Source: Penicillus capitatus (Eukaryota > Plantae > Chlorophyta). From it: a DNA stretch of 64,000 bases. Below the pieces are notes generated by a model that had not been told where the DNA came from, ran no database searches, and worked only from the letters and a program-made list of their open reading frames with translations. Where the stretch lies: assembly GCA_965649825.1 (NCBI GenBank), contig OZ287694.1, forward strand, positions 2,011,292 through 2,075,291, in the 5' to 3' direction. This document shows, in pieces, positions 1 to 13,680 of this stretch; the first letter of the stretch is position 1, and every line of letters starts with the position of its first letter. The translations under genes were made by a program, and so were the position numbers.

Positions 1-247
1 CGTCATGCCGCCCGCGCTAACAGTCAAGAGAAAGATGAGAGAGAGTGTACGCGTCATGTGTACGTTCGTATGGAAAAAGCTCGAGGAAGTCGACGACTCA
101 GTCAAGTAGTCATGTCACAATACACGCAACGGACGAGCACCGGCACGTCCATACTGCCGACATTACATAAGGAACTGCGAATTTGTGTCTAGCAAAGTTC
201 TTTGATTTTGATTTTAACAGCGCTGCTTCTTCTTTCACACATTACGG

Positions 248-374
248 TGTGAGACAGCATCCGGAATGTTGATAAAAGACGATCATCAATCATTATTCAT
301 GACTTATGTTTTTGCGATGGCCGCCTTACATTTTTTTGAGTTTGTAGTCACGCTATGCGTGAAGCTAGCCTGCA
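248..374 (+). repeat. 5' LTR (127 bp)
   Basis: TGTGAGACAG...GCTAGCCTGCA; about 85% identical (hand count) to 3291-3433. Confidence 0.88.
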
Positions 375-386
375 TGGTTTCTGAGC
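375..386 (+). promoter_or_regulatory. Primer-binding site (initiator tRNA-Met-like, degenerate)
   Basis: TGGTTTCTGAGC immediately after the LTR CA; 10/12 match to canonical TGGTATCAGAGC. Confidence 0.75.
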
Positions 387-1234
387 GAGGTTCGGCGGCA
401 GGTTTTGCAGGTGTCGCGTTGTCACTAAGGTACGCGGTTCAGACGGTTTGGCCTCAGACGCAGCCAAACGTTGCCGATGCTCCGTTCAGAAGTCAGAGTG
501 TCTTCCCAGGTGGGGAACGTCCGCGTCCGTAGACTAGAGAGCAAACCCAAAAGGCAGAGGCCTCTGTACTCCGCGATTTGTTGTGAGGACGGTTACCTCT
601 GGCAGCCTCGAAGACGGCTGAATTCATGCAGAGCGCCTGGTGGTAGACGCTGCAAGTGACTATTCGGCTCCTCAACCTGTTATTTGCCTTCTGTGCTGCG
701 ATTCTAAGAGGGCAGTGTCGCCGGTCGGCCGCGCAGCGAAAACGAGATAGCAGCGGAAAAACTAACAGTAATCGGAGCAAGGTCTAGAATGATGCAGGTA
801 GCCCGTTAAATACTCGCGTGGTGACATGACCTCCCTAAGCAGATGAGTCACCACGCTACCAGAACCAAAGAAAAGGGCCATTTGGAAGTTAATGTGCCTA
901 CGTGACGTGACAACAAGCACCCTTTCCAACAGATGACCCATTGATAACAAGGTAGTTCCATCGCCATGGAAAACTTTGCGACGGGCAGTATCCATGAGGT
1001 CCGCAATCTGTTGTGGATGATCTTCCAGTTCACGACACCCATTGTGATGACACGTTTTCTCGAGGTGGGCTTGACGCCGGTGTCTGAGTTGGTAAGCAGG
1101 AACCGGGGCATGCAAACAAATGCTGCGTCGCCGACTGTTGGGGTCGTGTAAACTTCTCTAGGAACTCAGAGTCAACACGGCACGCAACGAAGACGAAAAC
1201 GACGCGCTCTGACGATAGCACTAGGAAGACGAGA

Positions 1235-2373
1235 TTGTCTTACAACAACTGTCGCCATTATATACTTAGGATGGTTGCGGGTTCCCTAACCTCACGTCTA
1301 ACGGCTGGGAACTTCAGCCTACGCAGAGCAACCATCGTTCGACCGTTATTAAGAAGGGAAGGTCAAAAGCCGACACCCATGCGACCGAAGGTCAGCGCGC
1401 CAGGGTGGTTGCGCGTCGACTCAACCGTTCCGATGGCTGTAGGGAGCGACGTGACATCTACATCTCCTGCACCGACATTAGACACGAATTTGCGTGCGCC
1501 AGTCCCACTGCCGTCCACTTTGATGAGCAACATCGTGAGTTGGAACATTGGTCTTCATGAACGGTTACTGGGGAAGCTGGAAATCACTCACCGTTTCGCG
1601 GGCACGCGATTTGTGAAGCTCTTAGAAGCTTTTGATCGGAACGAATGCACTGGAGCTGCTCTAGCCTCTGCAGTTGAATCGATCATCCTAAACACCTGCC
1701 TACCCTGCCTTACGATCAGAAATCGACCACCGCGAGTGAAGGGGAGAAACTGCAGAAAATATGGACCGAGGTCAAGGCTCACCTGGCCAGCCTCATCGTT
1801 GAAGTCGGGGAGAATCTTGACGCTGAAAAGCATCTAATCAATTGCAAGCCCGAGAAGACTGAGACTATGCATGCTTTCGTGGGCAGGTATCAACAAATGA
1901 TGAGAACGGTGTCCAAGTCCGTTCCACTGGAGCGAGCGTGTGAGATTTTGTTGGTTATGTTAAGGTGAGTCCCAAGCTCAAAGTGAGATTGCAGAAATAC
2001 AAGGTCGAGAATCTAACCATCGAGATGATTATCAGCGAAGCCAAAGCTGCGACGGTGTGTACAATGACTCTGCAGAAAGGCAGCACCTCATATGCAGAGG
2101 TGAAGTTGGCCGAAGCAGAAGGTGCTCATACGGTCATGGAAGGGGATGACGGAATTACAGCCACACGATGACCAATGGGCTGTGAACCAAGCTGAGCCAA
2201 GTTCCAATACGCCGTCTGCACTCCAGCGGCCTTCTCGCACATTTCGAGGGAGAGGCAGACGAGGAGGGAGAAATGGTACTAGGCTTGTCTGTTATTACTG
2301 CAACAAACCCGGACATCGTCGGGCAGAGTGCTGCTTCAGGCTCAACAATCAAAAGAGCGGCGGAAAGCGGTGA
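1235..2373 (+). pseudogene. gag: Retrotransposon gag remnant (frameshifted) ending in a CCHC zinc knuckle
   Basis: ORF pieces 1235-1837, 1965-2171 and 2122-2373. An alternative frame gives KIWTEVKAHL...KPEKTETMHAFVGRYQQM (gag-like). RGRGRRGGR is followed by CYYCNKPGHRRAEC (CX2CX4HX4C). Confidence 0.8.
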
Positions 2374-2539
2374 ATCTAAAGCAGTAGAAGGACAAGAATA
2401 GACCCCAGCTCCGCCGGAAAGGAAGCTAGATTAGATAACTGAGGTGGCCATGGGGGTCTAGGTGTACAATGTCGTGTTTTCGTCGTCATTCGTTACGCGG
2501 TGAAACGCGCTAACGACGAAGGCGTATTGTTTAACAAAG

Positions 2540-3261
2540 TCTGTTGTAACAATTGATTGTTCGGATTTATACGCGTCGAATGTCACATCAACGCGTCTCC
2601 GTGGTCAGCTGCACGCAGGTGGACAGCTGTCCACTGAGACTGGGCGATCAAACATGGCAGGATCAAGGTACTCGTGGCGGATCTGGGATCTCAGTTCACA
2701 TCACCGGCTTTTGTCGTATGGACAAAAAACCAAGGAACACAGCTTCGTCTAAGCGCTGCGTATCATCACTCTTCGAATGGTCTGGTGGAGATGACGATCC
2801 AAACGATGTTAATGGCGCATTCGACGGCTCAAAACAGCGACGAGTGATCATGGAATCAGCTGGTGGCGGAAGCACAAACAGCAATTAATTCAGCTGTTAT
2901 CAGAAAAACCCGGTGCATCACAAAAGAACTCAATTTTGGCTCAGGTTTGATGAAAGTCGAAGGGAGCAAGCTAGTTAGCAAGTGATGTTGGAAACCGCAA
3001 AAGAGAACACGCGTATTGAACGTTCAAAATGGTATGAGCGCCGAGAAGCCATCAGACGAAAGGAGCCTCAACTGGAAGTCAGCATCCAAGGTCCTACTCT
3101 ATGAAAGAGTGAGAAGTATTCTTCCCAAGTCGACGGCTCCATGGTCTGGGCCGCATCTCGTTCTTCGTTGTCCAGACAAACGACACTTTGAGATTCGGCG
3201 GCGCGGACGTTTGATAACTGTCCATGGTGACCATCTCATGAGATACTATGAGGCCATCTAA
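2540..3261 (+). pseudogene. Retroviral-type integrase core and C-terminal remnant
   Basis: Frame from 2641: WAIKHGRIKVLVADLGSQFTSPAF...SAAYHHSSNGLVE, with D (2680) and E (2788) separated by exactly 35 residues and in-frame stops nearby. The C-terminal part WSGPHLVLR...TVHGDHLMRY (3016-3261) is typical of Gypsy integrase tails. Confidence 0.88.
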
Positions 3262-3290
3262 TCAAGAGTCAAATAGAGCGCAAAGAAGCG

Positions 3291-3433
3291 TGTGAGACAG
3301 AGAGTGAGGCGACAGCCGGAGTGTCGATAAAAGGACGATCATCGAACATTATTCATGACTTCTGTTTTTGTAACGATGACCGCCTTGTATTTTCTCGAGC
3401 TTGTGGTCACGCTATGCGTGACGCTAGCCTACA
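3291..3433 (+). repeat. 3' LTR (143 bp), preceded by polypurine-tract-like AAATAGAGCGCAAAGAAGCG
   Basis: TGTGAGACAG...GCTAGCCTACA; homologous to 248-374. Confidence 0.88.
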
Positions 3434-3649
3434 GGTTCCTTCCCGGGAAAACCCATGGATGGAATCTCCATAAAGGCTCCGATCACACTTTACGACCAAG
3501 CACCACCGCGTGTATGTGTGGACGTTATCCAGACGAGAAGATAAATGGTTACAGCTCTGTCGCAGAAGCTGCTTTTGCGACAACAGATTTCCATTCACAT
3601 GGGCTAGTATTGATTTAAAATACCAACAATCCAGTCAATAGTGCATCCT

Positions 3650-6165
3650 TTCTCAGGCACCATCGCTACTGAGGTACTCTCTTTCATTCTCTGCCATTCA
3701 CGGGAGCGTAGAGAACTGCTATTAACTGAACTGCTGAAAAAGCTTGTAGCGAAGAACGAAATACATGATGACTGTGCGACGGCGTGGGACAGTCAACTGT
3801 ATGTGAATGTAGACCATAGACTGTTGACAATAACCACAGCCACCAAAACCAGAAAAAGATAGAATGGAATTCTGCGCAATGATATCCTTAAACATGCAAG
3901 ACTGCAATAGGCAAACGGCATCTAGTGTATCGCAGTTTGTTTCGCGGACCTGATGCATCCTCAAGTCGACCATATCGTTGTTGGGCAGTTGCAGACAGAT
4001 GCGTTTAACGCCTTCAATTGGGAGACTCTCTTCGTTGACTGCCTTGATGCGCAGACGAAGTAGAACGTCGTTTTCTCCAAGGCAGATGATGTAAACAGGA
4101 TTGTTCGGCAGGGAGGCATCATAGAAGCTAAGCAGCTCCCTTGTTTCTCTCTCGTGCAGAGGCACCGTTGAATTTGTCGAGTCCAAGAGGCTCTCCGTCC
4201 AGAGACAGAAAGAAATCTGTCCGTTATTCGTCTGTTGGAGAAAGTCGTTTGTCTCATTGTCGGCGACCGGGACCACCTACACAGAGAGACAGTTTGCTGG
4301 AGGGCGAGTAAAGGCGGAGCCACACACCGAGTCGAGAGCACACCTGCCCTGAGGTGGCCTGAGACTGTTGCCCTGGAGCCCTTGACTACCTTCGTTCGTG
4401 TACGGTGAAAGAGACTGCACACGAATGTCACGTCATATCAGCGAACAGTTAGCAGAATCACACCTGGTGGACAGCGTTAACTGCAGCGAACGATGGGCGA
4501 TCGACGACTGTCCTGTTCGGCCAGAAGCTGTTTATCAACGAAGGCATCTCGACTTCTGCTACGCGCCAGAGAAGATATCCGCGACAGACTGGTGCCACCT
4601 CCTCCTTTTCCTCGAGCAGGCTTCTGAGTTTGTGCTCCAGCATTTCGTTTCCGAGCCAGGAATAGATGATTTCGCGGAGATGGACTGCCTCGGACTGCGT
4701 CAGCTTCTCCAGCACTTGCGCCATAAGTTCACAGAATTCGCCTTGCTGATAGATCTTGGATGCTGCATCCAGCAATCCTTCATACACTTCTGGATCTGCA
4801 TCCCAGCCTTCCCTCAAAGAATGACGTGTGGCGAGCTGCTGGAATTCAAAAATGGCCTCCTTGCGTACTTCGGCGGATTCTGCCAGTGTCGCAACGGCCG
4901 TCAGCTCGGTCACGATGCCAAACCTCACGGCTTTCCGTTTGTCCTTGTCGCGAATGCCGTGCTTCTGGTGCTCCAGAATCTGTTCGAGACAGCTCTGGAA
5001 GAACTCGAACTTCTCTGGATCCGTCAGACAGAGCATGGCGGCGGAGCTCAGGACTTGAAGCCAATCGAACCAAGTCTTCCCTCGAAGCTTTTCATCTGCA
5101 CAGGCAGTCCTAAATCTTTGAATCCCTTCGCTGATTGCAGACGGGTCGACTAGACGCACACCCCGGTAGAAATCGAGCACACCGGCAGTACCAGTCATGT
5201 TGTGCTCTGCGGCGTCGAACAGTGTCGTGGCTTCGTTCCCTTCTGTGAAGCGATGAATGCTCTGTTCGATGAGCATCCCGAAAAAACGAAAGAGATAACA
5301 AGGGGTATCTCTGAAGATCTTCAGCCTCTCCAGCAGACCGTCTTGATGTTTCTTCAAAGGGAGAGATACTGGCAGTCCAGGAGCAACTCTGTGTACGACG
5401 GCGCATGCCTGATAAAAGGCGACAAGCGCAGGACGGTGATGCTCGAAGGATTGCTTCGTCTGCACGATGCAGCGTCCGAGTGTCTTGGAAATGCTGTCCG
5501 CCAAGTGGAGCAGGTCCGTTGGATCGCCTTCGAAGACAGTGACATCCACAGATGCCAAGGCATGGGACAGTGCCGATGCTATCTGCTCTGTCGTACATAC
5601 ATCATCGGTCAATGCTTCGCCCAACACATTCAGAACGCGCAGCACCAGCATCCTGTTGCGCGAGCGGTAGCGCCCTTTGGCACTCACCAGACGCGCGAAC
5701 TCTTCAGCGACTTCTGCTTTTTCGTACGCGTTCAACTTATCGAAAACAGCAACGTGTGACCAGAGCCAACGCTCAAGTATTTCCCATTCTCCCGCGTCGG
5801 CGGTATTGTTATAGATACGGACCAGACGGTCCGTGCAGCAGATTTGCCGTTCCGTCGAGAGTACTTGAGGAGTTATTAGACTTGGTCGACGTGCTGACGG
5901 TAATGATACGGTGCAAAGTCTCCCGCTGCCGTCTCGGCGACGCGGGCAGCAGTGTCCGTCACTAAAGCCGTTATAGTTATTCCTCCACATTTCTTCGTAA
6001 GCAACAGCTTCAGCGTCACACAAGTCGCAGGGAAAACTGAATCACTCGAAGTCGAGTGTGGACGCAGTAAATGAAGGCTGTTTCTCCGCGGCCTTTTAAT
6101 GCGTTCATGCTGACGCGTGTAGCTTCCTCTTGGTGACATGCGCGCGCGGACGTCGCATCATCGCA
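3650..6165. repeat. Inverted segmental duplication, copy 1 (partner about 14105-16590)
   Basis: Nucleotide homology covers the 5' flank, both exons, the ~190-nt intron and the 3' flank (e.g. GAGAATGAAAG(A/G)GAGTA). Boundaries are approximate. Confidence 0.85.
3722..5990 (-). CDS. Module A (ARM/HEAT-like helical domain shared with the NACHT protein N-terminus) plus module B protein, copy 1; 2 exons
   Basis: ORF 4458-6023 (conserved MWR start at 5990) joined by a phase-0 GT-AG intron (4463-4277) to ORF 3722-4276. Aligns along its full length with 14281-16507. Confidence 0.8.
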
Positions 6166-9100
6166 TCAGTAGTCGCAGATGCGACTCGGTTCGACGAATA
6201 ACGACAGATAAGGTGAGAGCGAGACTGAGATAAAGCGAACCATGGTGTCGACACTCGCATCGTCAGGAAAGACGTTTCGCCGTTTCCGCTCGGAAGCTTA
6301 GGACTCCATTCGCGGTTGTCTTGAGAGGCGTGGGTAGAAACTGAGAAACGACGATTGAATGAAATCATCGCTGACACGGCTCAGCGCGGTTTTATACGAC
6401 GGCATAGCAGTACGCGAAGGTCTGAGACAGTAACGGCGAAGAGACGTGACCGACGTCTTCTTCGGCTACACATCATGATATGAAACAGCTTCGCGATTCC
6501 ACTCTTATACGCCGGGAGATAGTCGACAGTCAGAGTGAAGGGGCATTCTCCGCAAAGAAATACCGTTTCCTTGCAATATCTATGACCAGCGCGGATTGTG
6601 ACACTGCATTCTGGACTGTCGCTTTGTACAAAGAAGTAGCGTAGACGATTACAGACAGAATCAAAAATGCGAAAGTAACGACGCTGGACGGTCTTTCGTG
6701 CTCAATGTTGATAGGACATGATGAGACATGATCGCTCGGTTTTTGTCAATCGAGCAAACGGATATGACGGGCAAAACACAGAACACGCGATAGGATGCCG
6801 GATCCTGTCGTCCAGAAGAAAAGGCGACAAAGAGCGCATTGATAAAATGCTTTTTGACGACCGCAAGCATCTGTCCAAGTTCTCACTCCTTTTCTGTAAA
6901 TGGAATCAGAACTGATTCCCCGAGACACTCTGAGCAAACGCCAACTGCGTCGTCATGTTGGCAGAGATACTGGGAATGCAGAATCAGCTGCAACAGAAGT
7001 CTCCGTTTTGTTTGGCGCGTACAAAGAAGTGTACGTGAGCGCGCAAGTACAGAAAGGGGTGCTCTCGACGTACGTAGCGAATGACGGGGTGATAGACCCT
7101 TGTCCGCAGTGTGTGGAAACGCGCCTTCCGGGAGAAGCGTCCTTCGGCGATAGAAGTCAACGGTTTTGAACAATGTGTACGAACGGACGTGCACCCGTAG
7201 AATGTGAAAAAAGATGCAGCGATGTTAAAAGCAGAAGCAAAGAACTTTGCTAGACACGAATTCGCAGTTCCTTATGTAATGTTGGCGAAATGGACGTGCC
7301 GCTGCTCCTCTGTTGCGGCTATTGTGACAAGACTGTTCGACTGAGTCGACGACTCCCTCAGCTTCTTCCATACGAGCGTACACATGACGCGTACCCTCTC
7401 ATTTTTCCTTTGGCTGTTGGCGCGGGCGGCGTGACGCGATGTGACGTGTCATTGCCTCTGCGATGGTGAACGCGCAAGCGTTTTCATCATATGGTGAAGG
7501 CCGGCGAAGCCGAGGCGTTAAAACAAAAGCGAATCGGTAAAACGGGTCACTAACAAGCGAATCAGTAGTAGTGGAGGACATAGGTATCCACCTTCTCGTT
7601 GCAGACCGGACATTTGGCTTTCGCATCACGCAGCAGCTTGCAGCAGTCGATGCAGACGCACTTGTGCGATCTAGAACAGACCCACTGTCAAACAGAGAAA
7701 TCGGCAGCATCTACAGGAGACGCACGTGTCTCCATGTGCGAATCCAGATGTCTGATCGCTGTCGAGACAGAAAACGCATTTCTCTTCCACTCCATCTCTT
7801 CTGCTCGTTGCAGGAGGCGATCGATCGACCGCATCCTGCGGCCAAATACAGACAATGAAAGTGATCCATCCATCTTCAAGGAATCCATGCACCGGATCGT
7901 GCAGTTCTGCCTTTTTAACAAAATTGCGATTGCCAAAACCATGCCAGCCTGGTTGAAACCGACATTCGAACTCTTCACAAAACCGAATCGTTTGCGATCC
8001 ATATGCTACATGAACTTAGATATAAAGGCGACCTTTTGTTATGCTTTGCTGTTCGCTGTGCCGGTTCAGTAACGTGATCGTGACACGGACGTCAGCGAGG
8101 GCGTCGGCTTCGCGAAGGAAATAGAAGCCACGCTTGTCAGCATCCCCGGCTTCGTCCGCATGCGCAAGTTTTAGTTTCCTGCGGAAACAGTAGGTCAGTC
8201 GTCATAGGAAGCGTCAGCAACCAAAAAGCAATTGTTACGAGCTTACCACAATGCGTCGTCCACGCGGATGTCTTTGGTTGTCACTTCAAAATCGACCAGC
8301 TCCTGCAGATAACTCAGTTGCCACTAAAACCATGTTCTCATCGACACGTCTAAGTGAGTAAGTAACACAGAGTGTGACCGTGATCAAGACGGGCTGGCTC
8401 AGAGTCGTGACGATGAGGCTTTCGTTTTCTGGAGAGATGATACATATCTTCACGACGACGCACAGACGACCGTCATCATCAAGAGAGCCAAATCCTGGCG
8501 TCAAGACATGACCTTCCGCAAACGTCTTCACCATCGACGTCTCTGTTGATTGAGACGACCATCGTTTAGCTACCGGCCATCCGCTGTTATGGCATACGAA
8601 CATCTTGTTTTGAGCGACCTTCTCGAATGGTCTTCGATGCGTCAGATGGATGCACGATCTCCAGCTGGCACCAAGCATTCACGTTTATTTGATGACAAGT
8701 CAGTTCCATGGACATTGTGTGGCTATGTATGTTTCTCTTCATCCCAAGGTTCCTGTCAAGAGATTAAGGAGTTGTCAGAAGAGCGCTTGCCCGACACATA
8801 ATGTACAGCTTACCACCGATATCCGCCGAAACCGAATGGTTTTGACTCAAAGTTCGTCTTCATGCATTCCCATAACGAGCCCGGAATCCAACACTTTTGC
8901 CATGAAGTCACACATGTGCACAACAGCTGCGTGCTTGCTTCTCACCTCGAATTGTCCCAAGCGCCGCCCTGTTGAGAGCTTGTACTTGTATGGCACGCCG
9001 TTACCAACGGCGACTCCCTCTGCAAAGGGCTTATTGTCAGAACAGTGTGAATGCGACTAAGACATGTCGTGAACGGACGTGTGATATTCTTTTCCCCCGA

Positions 9101-11845
9101 CCACTGTCGCTCTTTCGCTCTGGACCGATCCATTGTTTGCGCGGAAATGAAGAGGGATGGGAAAGGAAAGGCAACGGAAGGAGAAGTACGGTGCGTGTTG
9201 TTCAGTTAAGCGTAAACGATTCCGCCGTATGCTGCACAGGTGCACCCTTTCGTACAGTTAGGTAATGGCATCTCTTACATTATAAAGAACATTAGGAGAA
9301 AATGGATGAGAAGCATGGACATGACAGAAAGACCTCTTGCTGTTTTCGGCGCTGAAATTGTGCCAGCCCAGTAAAACGGTCCGCCGCCCGAACGCCTGAG
9401 CTTCTCATCTAGAACCTCTGGTGCGACCTTGACGATATGCCAAACACCGTTTTGAGCGTTTCTACGAGGACGATCTACTTTTACGCAGAGTTTACATTCC
9501 ATCCTCTGCTTTTATGCGAAACTGCATGAGCAGCTTCGTCAAGGAAGCCAAACAGCACAAGAACGGATCATCCGCGGGGAGAAGAGGATGTTGGCGTGTG
9601 TACCGAGAGGAAAGAAGGACGCTTCTTCAAAGTCCAACCAGGGTCGAGCAAGACGCACGGCCACATTCCTCGACGACGGTGTGCATCCGCGCCTTCGACG
9701 CGGCGCAGAGAACGACAATTGATGAGACATTACCGCTGTAAGGGTGACCAATCGCGATCCACCACATCCAGTCCTGTCCGAGTTGATCACCCCTTTGCTA
9801 AACGTGCCAATCTCACTCTTCCGGTTTGAGATAACCGGTGAGCGTCTCTCTTGAGACATTCCGATGTCGTCTCTTTGTCTGCACCATCAACAAAGCTGTG
9901 CAGCGATTCCGCCACAGAACGACATGTCACCGCCCCTAAGCATCTCACTCATTGTCTCGCTCCTCTGCCCAATAGACACTGAGCGGCACCTCCATCACTT
10001 TCGTAGATTTGCTGCCTTCAAGGCGACATGGAACTCGAAGAGGGGGTCATTCCTGGCAGACGATCCCTCCGTGGAGATAACCGAACGTCCAGATGTCCAT
10101 CCGTTGTGAACCGAACGCACAATCCTTCGGCGATCTCCGCACCTATCCATCTTTTGGCGACCGTTCTTTATTCAACCTGTCTCTCCACCTGTCGCTTTCC
10201 GTCGGATCGATTGATTTCTTCCTTTTTTGTCGAAGCTGATGTCGTGACGTGGCATCGCACTTGCACAATCTTGAGCATTCATATGTATCGGCGCACAGAT
10301 GACCTCCTTGGCTCGATCGTCTTGATGCATTCTTGGGGCTTGTGACTCTTGACCGGCTCACTCACAGCAAAGCGCCACGAAGGAACCTAATGGCCCTGTC
10401 TTTGTCTGAACTCAGCCAAATGTATTCGCTTTCTCATGTATCGCGTCGACAGCGCCGCGGATCGATCGAACATCGCGATGTGACAGGTCGGATGGGATCA
10501 GGAAAAACTTATGGATACAGAAGGGCGAAGCGGGTCGTCTGTCCGTTTTCGACACAGCGTTGTTGTCTGTCGATCGGTCTGTTCGTCTGTACCGTCGCCG
10601 GCAGAGGTCTTGTCCGACTCGGCGCTTCTCTTCGTCTGCCTCTACCGACTTCGCGATGTGACGTTACGTACGACCACCACCATGCAGGACGCCGCGCACC
10701 TCGTTTGGCAGTTTCGTCTCCTGCAGAGGCCACTCGTCAGCATCGCGGTCAAAGACGGCGAGAAAAACGCAACCGTGGGGTCGAGCGTGACAGGAAGGAT
10801 GCTGTTCAGCAGTGCGGCAGTGCGTTTTTCGGCCGAAGGCGCTCGCATGTCTAAGAGCATATCCGCTTGAAGCAGAGCTGCGTGTGAGGGATGTACCGCG
10901 GAATTGGGGTGGGCAACGGTCGGTGCAGCCAGGAGCCTTAGGCGGAGAACACAGCGTCGCGCCGTCGTTCGTTCGGTGCGCACGAAGCCCGTCGCGAAGG
11001 TGGCCGTTTTTCTCAGACGGCGGCAGTACGACCTCGCAATAGCGTCGCTCATCAACAGCGTTTCCATTCGCCACATCCATTTGCATTCTCTGGAAGGAAT
11101 GCGTCGCGGGGTTCGAACTAGAAAGCGAACGACGTGGGAAGGGGCGCCGCGATGAAGGCCTACCGAAGCGGCTGAGGCCTTTTGGCCTTTTGAACAGGCA
11201 TCCCTGCAAACGGACGGCAGTCAAGGAACGCGTCCAGCCGGACGAAGCGCTCCACGCTTTGCGGCACACACCTCGAGGGCGAGCGTCGAAGACCACTGGG
11301 AGAGTGAGATGCTATGAGTCGTGTGAGAGACGCAAGGCCTTCGGGGCGAGTGCTTGGCGTCGCTGAGACTTGCAGTGTGGCGGGTCGGTCGGGAATCCAC
11401 TTTTCTGCGTTCTGACTTATGGGTCAGCCAGCGCTTTGTACCCCATCTTCTGTGGCGGTTCGCCGGATGCGGTGTCACGAGAATCGAACGCGTCCGTTCC
11501 TCTTCCCAGCTGCATGCGTCCACATCATTTAATGGCCTCAATTTTGCCGGACGACAGACGGATACGGGGGCCATCGTTCTGGGCCCCTCGCCCGCTGAAT
11601 GTTGTGACGTGTCCGCAACGCGCACGCCAGAGGGCAGCGTCCTCCGTCGATTGGAGAGAAGCAACCGAGATCTTTAGGCAATTGGAACGTCGCCCTACAC
11701 AACGGTTGCTTTATGACACGACAGGTTCATCGTGACGCCGCCGCCGTCATCGTAAAGTGAGCAGTGCATTGCTCACAAGTATCTCTTGGAGGCGTTTTCC
11801 AAAGACAGGAGTCAATGGTGCACAGCACGATGCGCATGTATAAAA

Positions 11846-13680
11846 CTAAAACAAGAAATGCAGCACCGCACTGGACGGGCGCCAAGCGCAAGACAGTCGA
11901 GTGGTATGGAATGGAGTGCCCGTTTGCAGAGCATCGCTGGTGATCAAAACGCGGGATACAAGAGAGTGAGCGGCATCGGACCACCAGCTCCGAACGATCT
12001 CCCATGAATGACGAGACGTGCTCAGGAATCGGTCGCAGAACAAGCGGTCATCTGGATGGACCATTCCGAAAGCGAGGCGGCGGGTCAGCTTCATCTCGCC
12101 GCCGACTTCGCATTCCAGTCGAAGATGCGCGTCGAGTTTTGCGTAACGCTCGCCGTCGGTGCCACCGGCCAGCGAGAACTGGTGGAGTGGCGGCGAATGC
12201 AGGGCAGCGGGATCCAAGAAAGCAACCGCTTCGCGTCTGGTCGGGTGTTCGCTAAGGATGCTCCTCTCGAGCTCGATGGCGTCTGCCTCTGGAGCCTCGA
12301 TCCAGATGGCTGTCGGCTCTGCAGTGGTGACTGAATCTGCATTTCTTCGTCGAACAAGGGGAGCGTACAATTCTCGCCGCTTCTCGGCATCGTTTCCCCA
12401 GTGGACAGAGTGATTCGAGCAGCATCGTAGAGCTTCATAACTTTCCAGTCGTTCGCACCGGTGCCCCGTCTGAGAGATGTCTGGCATTCCATCCGTCTCC
12501 TCTGCCGAGCTATGACAGCCGTACCGTTGCATGTGACGTGTTGTTTGACTCCATCTCGATTCTCCTCCGTCTCTGCCACTGCAGAGGAAAAAGAGTGAGC
12601 ACGCGTTAAGCAGTGACACGTTTCGAATTCACCTCGCCGATGAACCGTCGAGGGGGCCGTACCGCTGAACGTCGAAGCAGAGGACATTTCACTCGTGCTG
12701 TGAAGGAAGCAATGGGGAGAGGGCATGAGAAGACCGACGCCTCGAAGAGGCGAAATTCGACGCAACGGATGGACGCGTGTCGCCGAAATGTCGCCGAACA
12801 AGGCGGTCGGCGAGACCAAAGGACGCTCCGGTCTCAATGGTTGCCTGGAAGGAGACTCCAGAGGTTACTGGACGGAGAGCGCAAGGACGGATCGATACAG
12901 GAGTGGACTAAACAGCACAACGACCGTCGCGTCGTACAACCGTGTGTTCTGACACGGACGGGCAGAGGGAAGCGCTGATCCGAAGAAGGAAGAGATAGAA
13001 TAGGTATGGGTTTGGTGTGACAGGAATGAAGGGGACGATCAGCCGACGCGAGAACGACGCAGGCAGCTGCTTCGGCAGAAGGCGAACCTGCACGTTCGTC
13101 GCAGCCGAGTGTGGGAGATGTGGGTATCCGAGTTTGGAAGTCTGACAGTAGAGTGAGATGGATTGTGTGAAGGGAAGCCGCCTCGCTGAGCTTGGACGCC
13201 ACGAAGCTGTGATATTCCTTCACCTCGTAGCGGACCACTGAAACTGAGAGTCCAGGCGCGAGTGGTGGTCTCTCCAAGACTGGGCCAGCGCTCAGAGCCT
13301 CAGTGGCAAGATTGCACTGTACAGGCACTGGTCGGCGGGTCGCTGTGCCTTAGGTCAGGCTTTCTTGAAGGCAGGCTGTTGAGGTCGACGTGGGACGAGT
13401 GTGAAGCTGTACGACACTTTGACGTGCTGTCCGCCATTGTTCGACGCGTGGCAGTCGACCCGTCGTTCTGCCATAGGACAGCTGGTTTTGATCGTGATGC
13501 GACGTCTAACCTTTTCGGACGGAGACGCGGCTTGCGTGGGCGTCGGACGATGATCTGCGTCCTGCTGTTTCGGCCGAGGTTGACTCCGAGAATCGGCATG
13601 CGCAGTATCCGCTTCCCAGAGCTCCCCGGGCGACGGGGTTTATTTGTCAGCCGAGGGCCACTTCTAAGTTCCACTGCCAT
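11846..13680 (-). CDS. Multi-exon gene with C-terminal module B; N-terminal exons unresolved
   Basis: ORF 11846-12619 contains AVAFLDPAALHSPPLHQFS...RYAKLDAHL...GMVHPDDRLFCDRFL, which aligns with SAFAHLDPTQFASGKLNAVSP...KYVKLSV...KVVHCRDRMRLHRFL (19112 ORF). ORFs 12834-13328 and 13300-13680 are probable upstream exons. Confidence 0.6.

Larger units (their letters stand above)
248..3433 (+). mobile_element. Degenerate, internally deleted Ty3/Gypsy LTR retrotransposon (non-autonomous)
   Basis: Paired TG...CA direct repeats (248-374, 3291-3433), PBS-like TGGTTTCTGAGC directly after the 5' LTR, purine-rich tract before the 3' LTR, gag remnant with CCHC knuckle, integrase D(35)E remnant at the 3' end. 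No RT or RNase H recognisable; no matching TSD (tacgg vs ggttc). Confidence 0.9.

Noticed and set aside
8286-9502. Possible MULE/MuDR transposase remnant on the - strand (ECKLCVKV...GVWHIVKV; GDRASI...KTRCSYAI)
   Set aside because: Only vague motif echoes across several frames and stops; no TIR or TSD found.
10511-10870. DAAHLVWQFRLLQRP resembling a vanadium haloperoxidase/PAP2 motif
   Set aside because: The catalytic Lys and the downstream PSGH and RxxxGxH motifs are absent.
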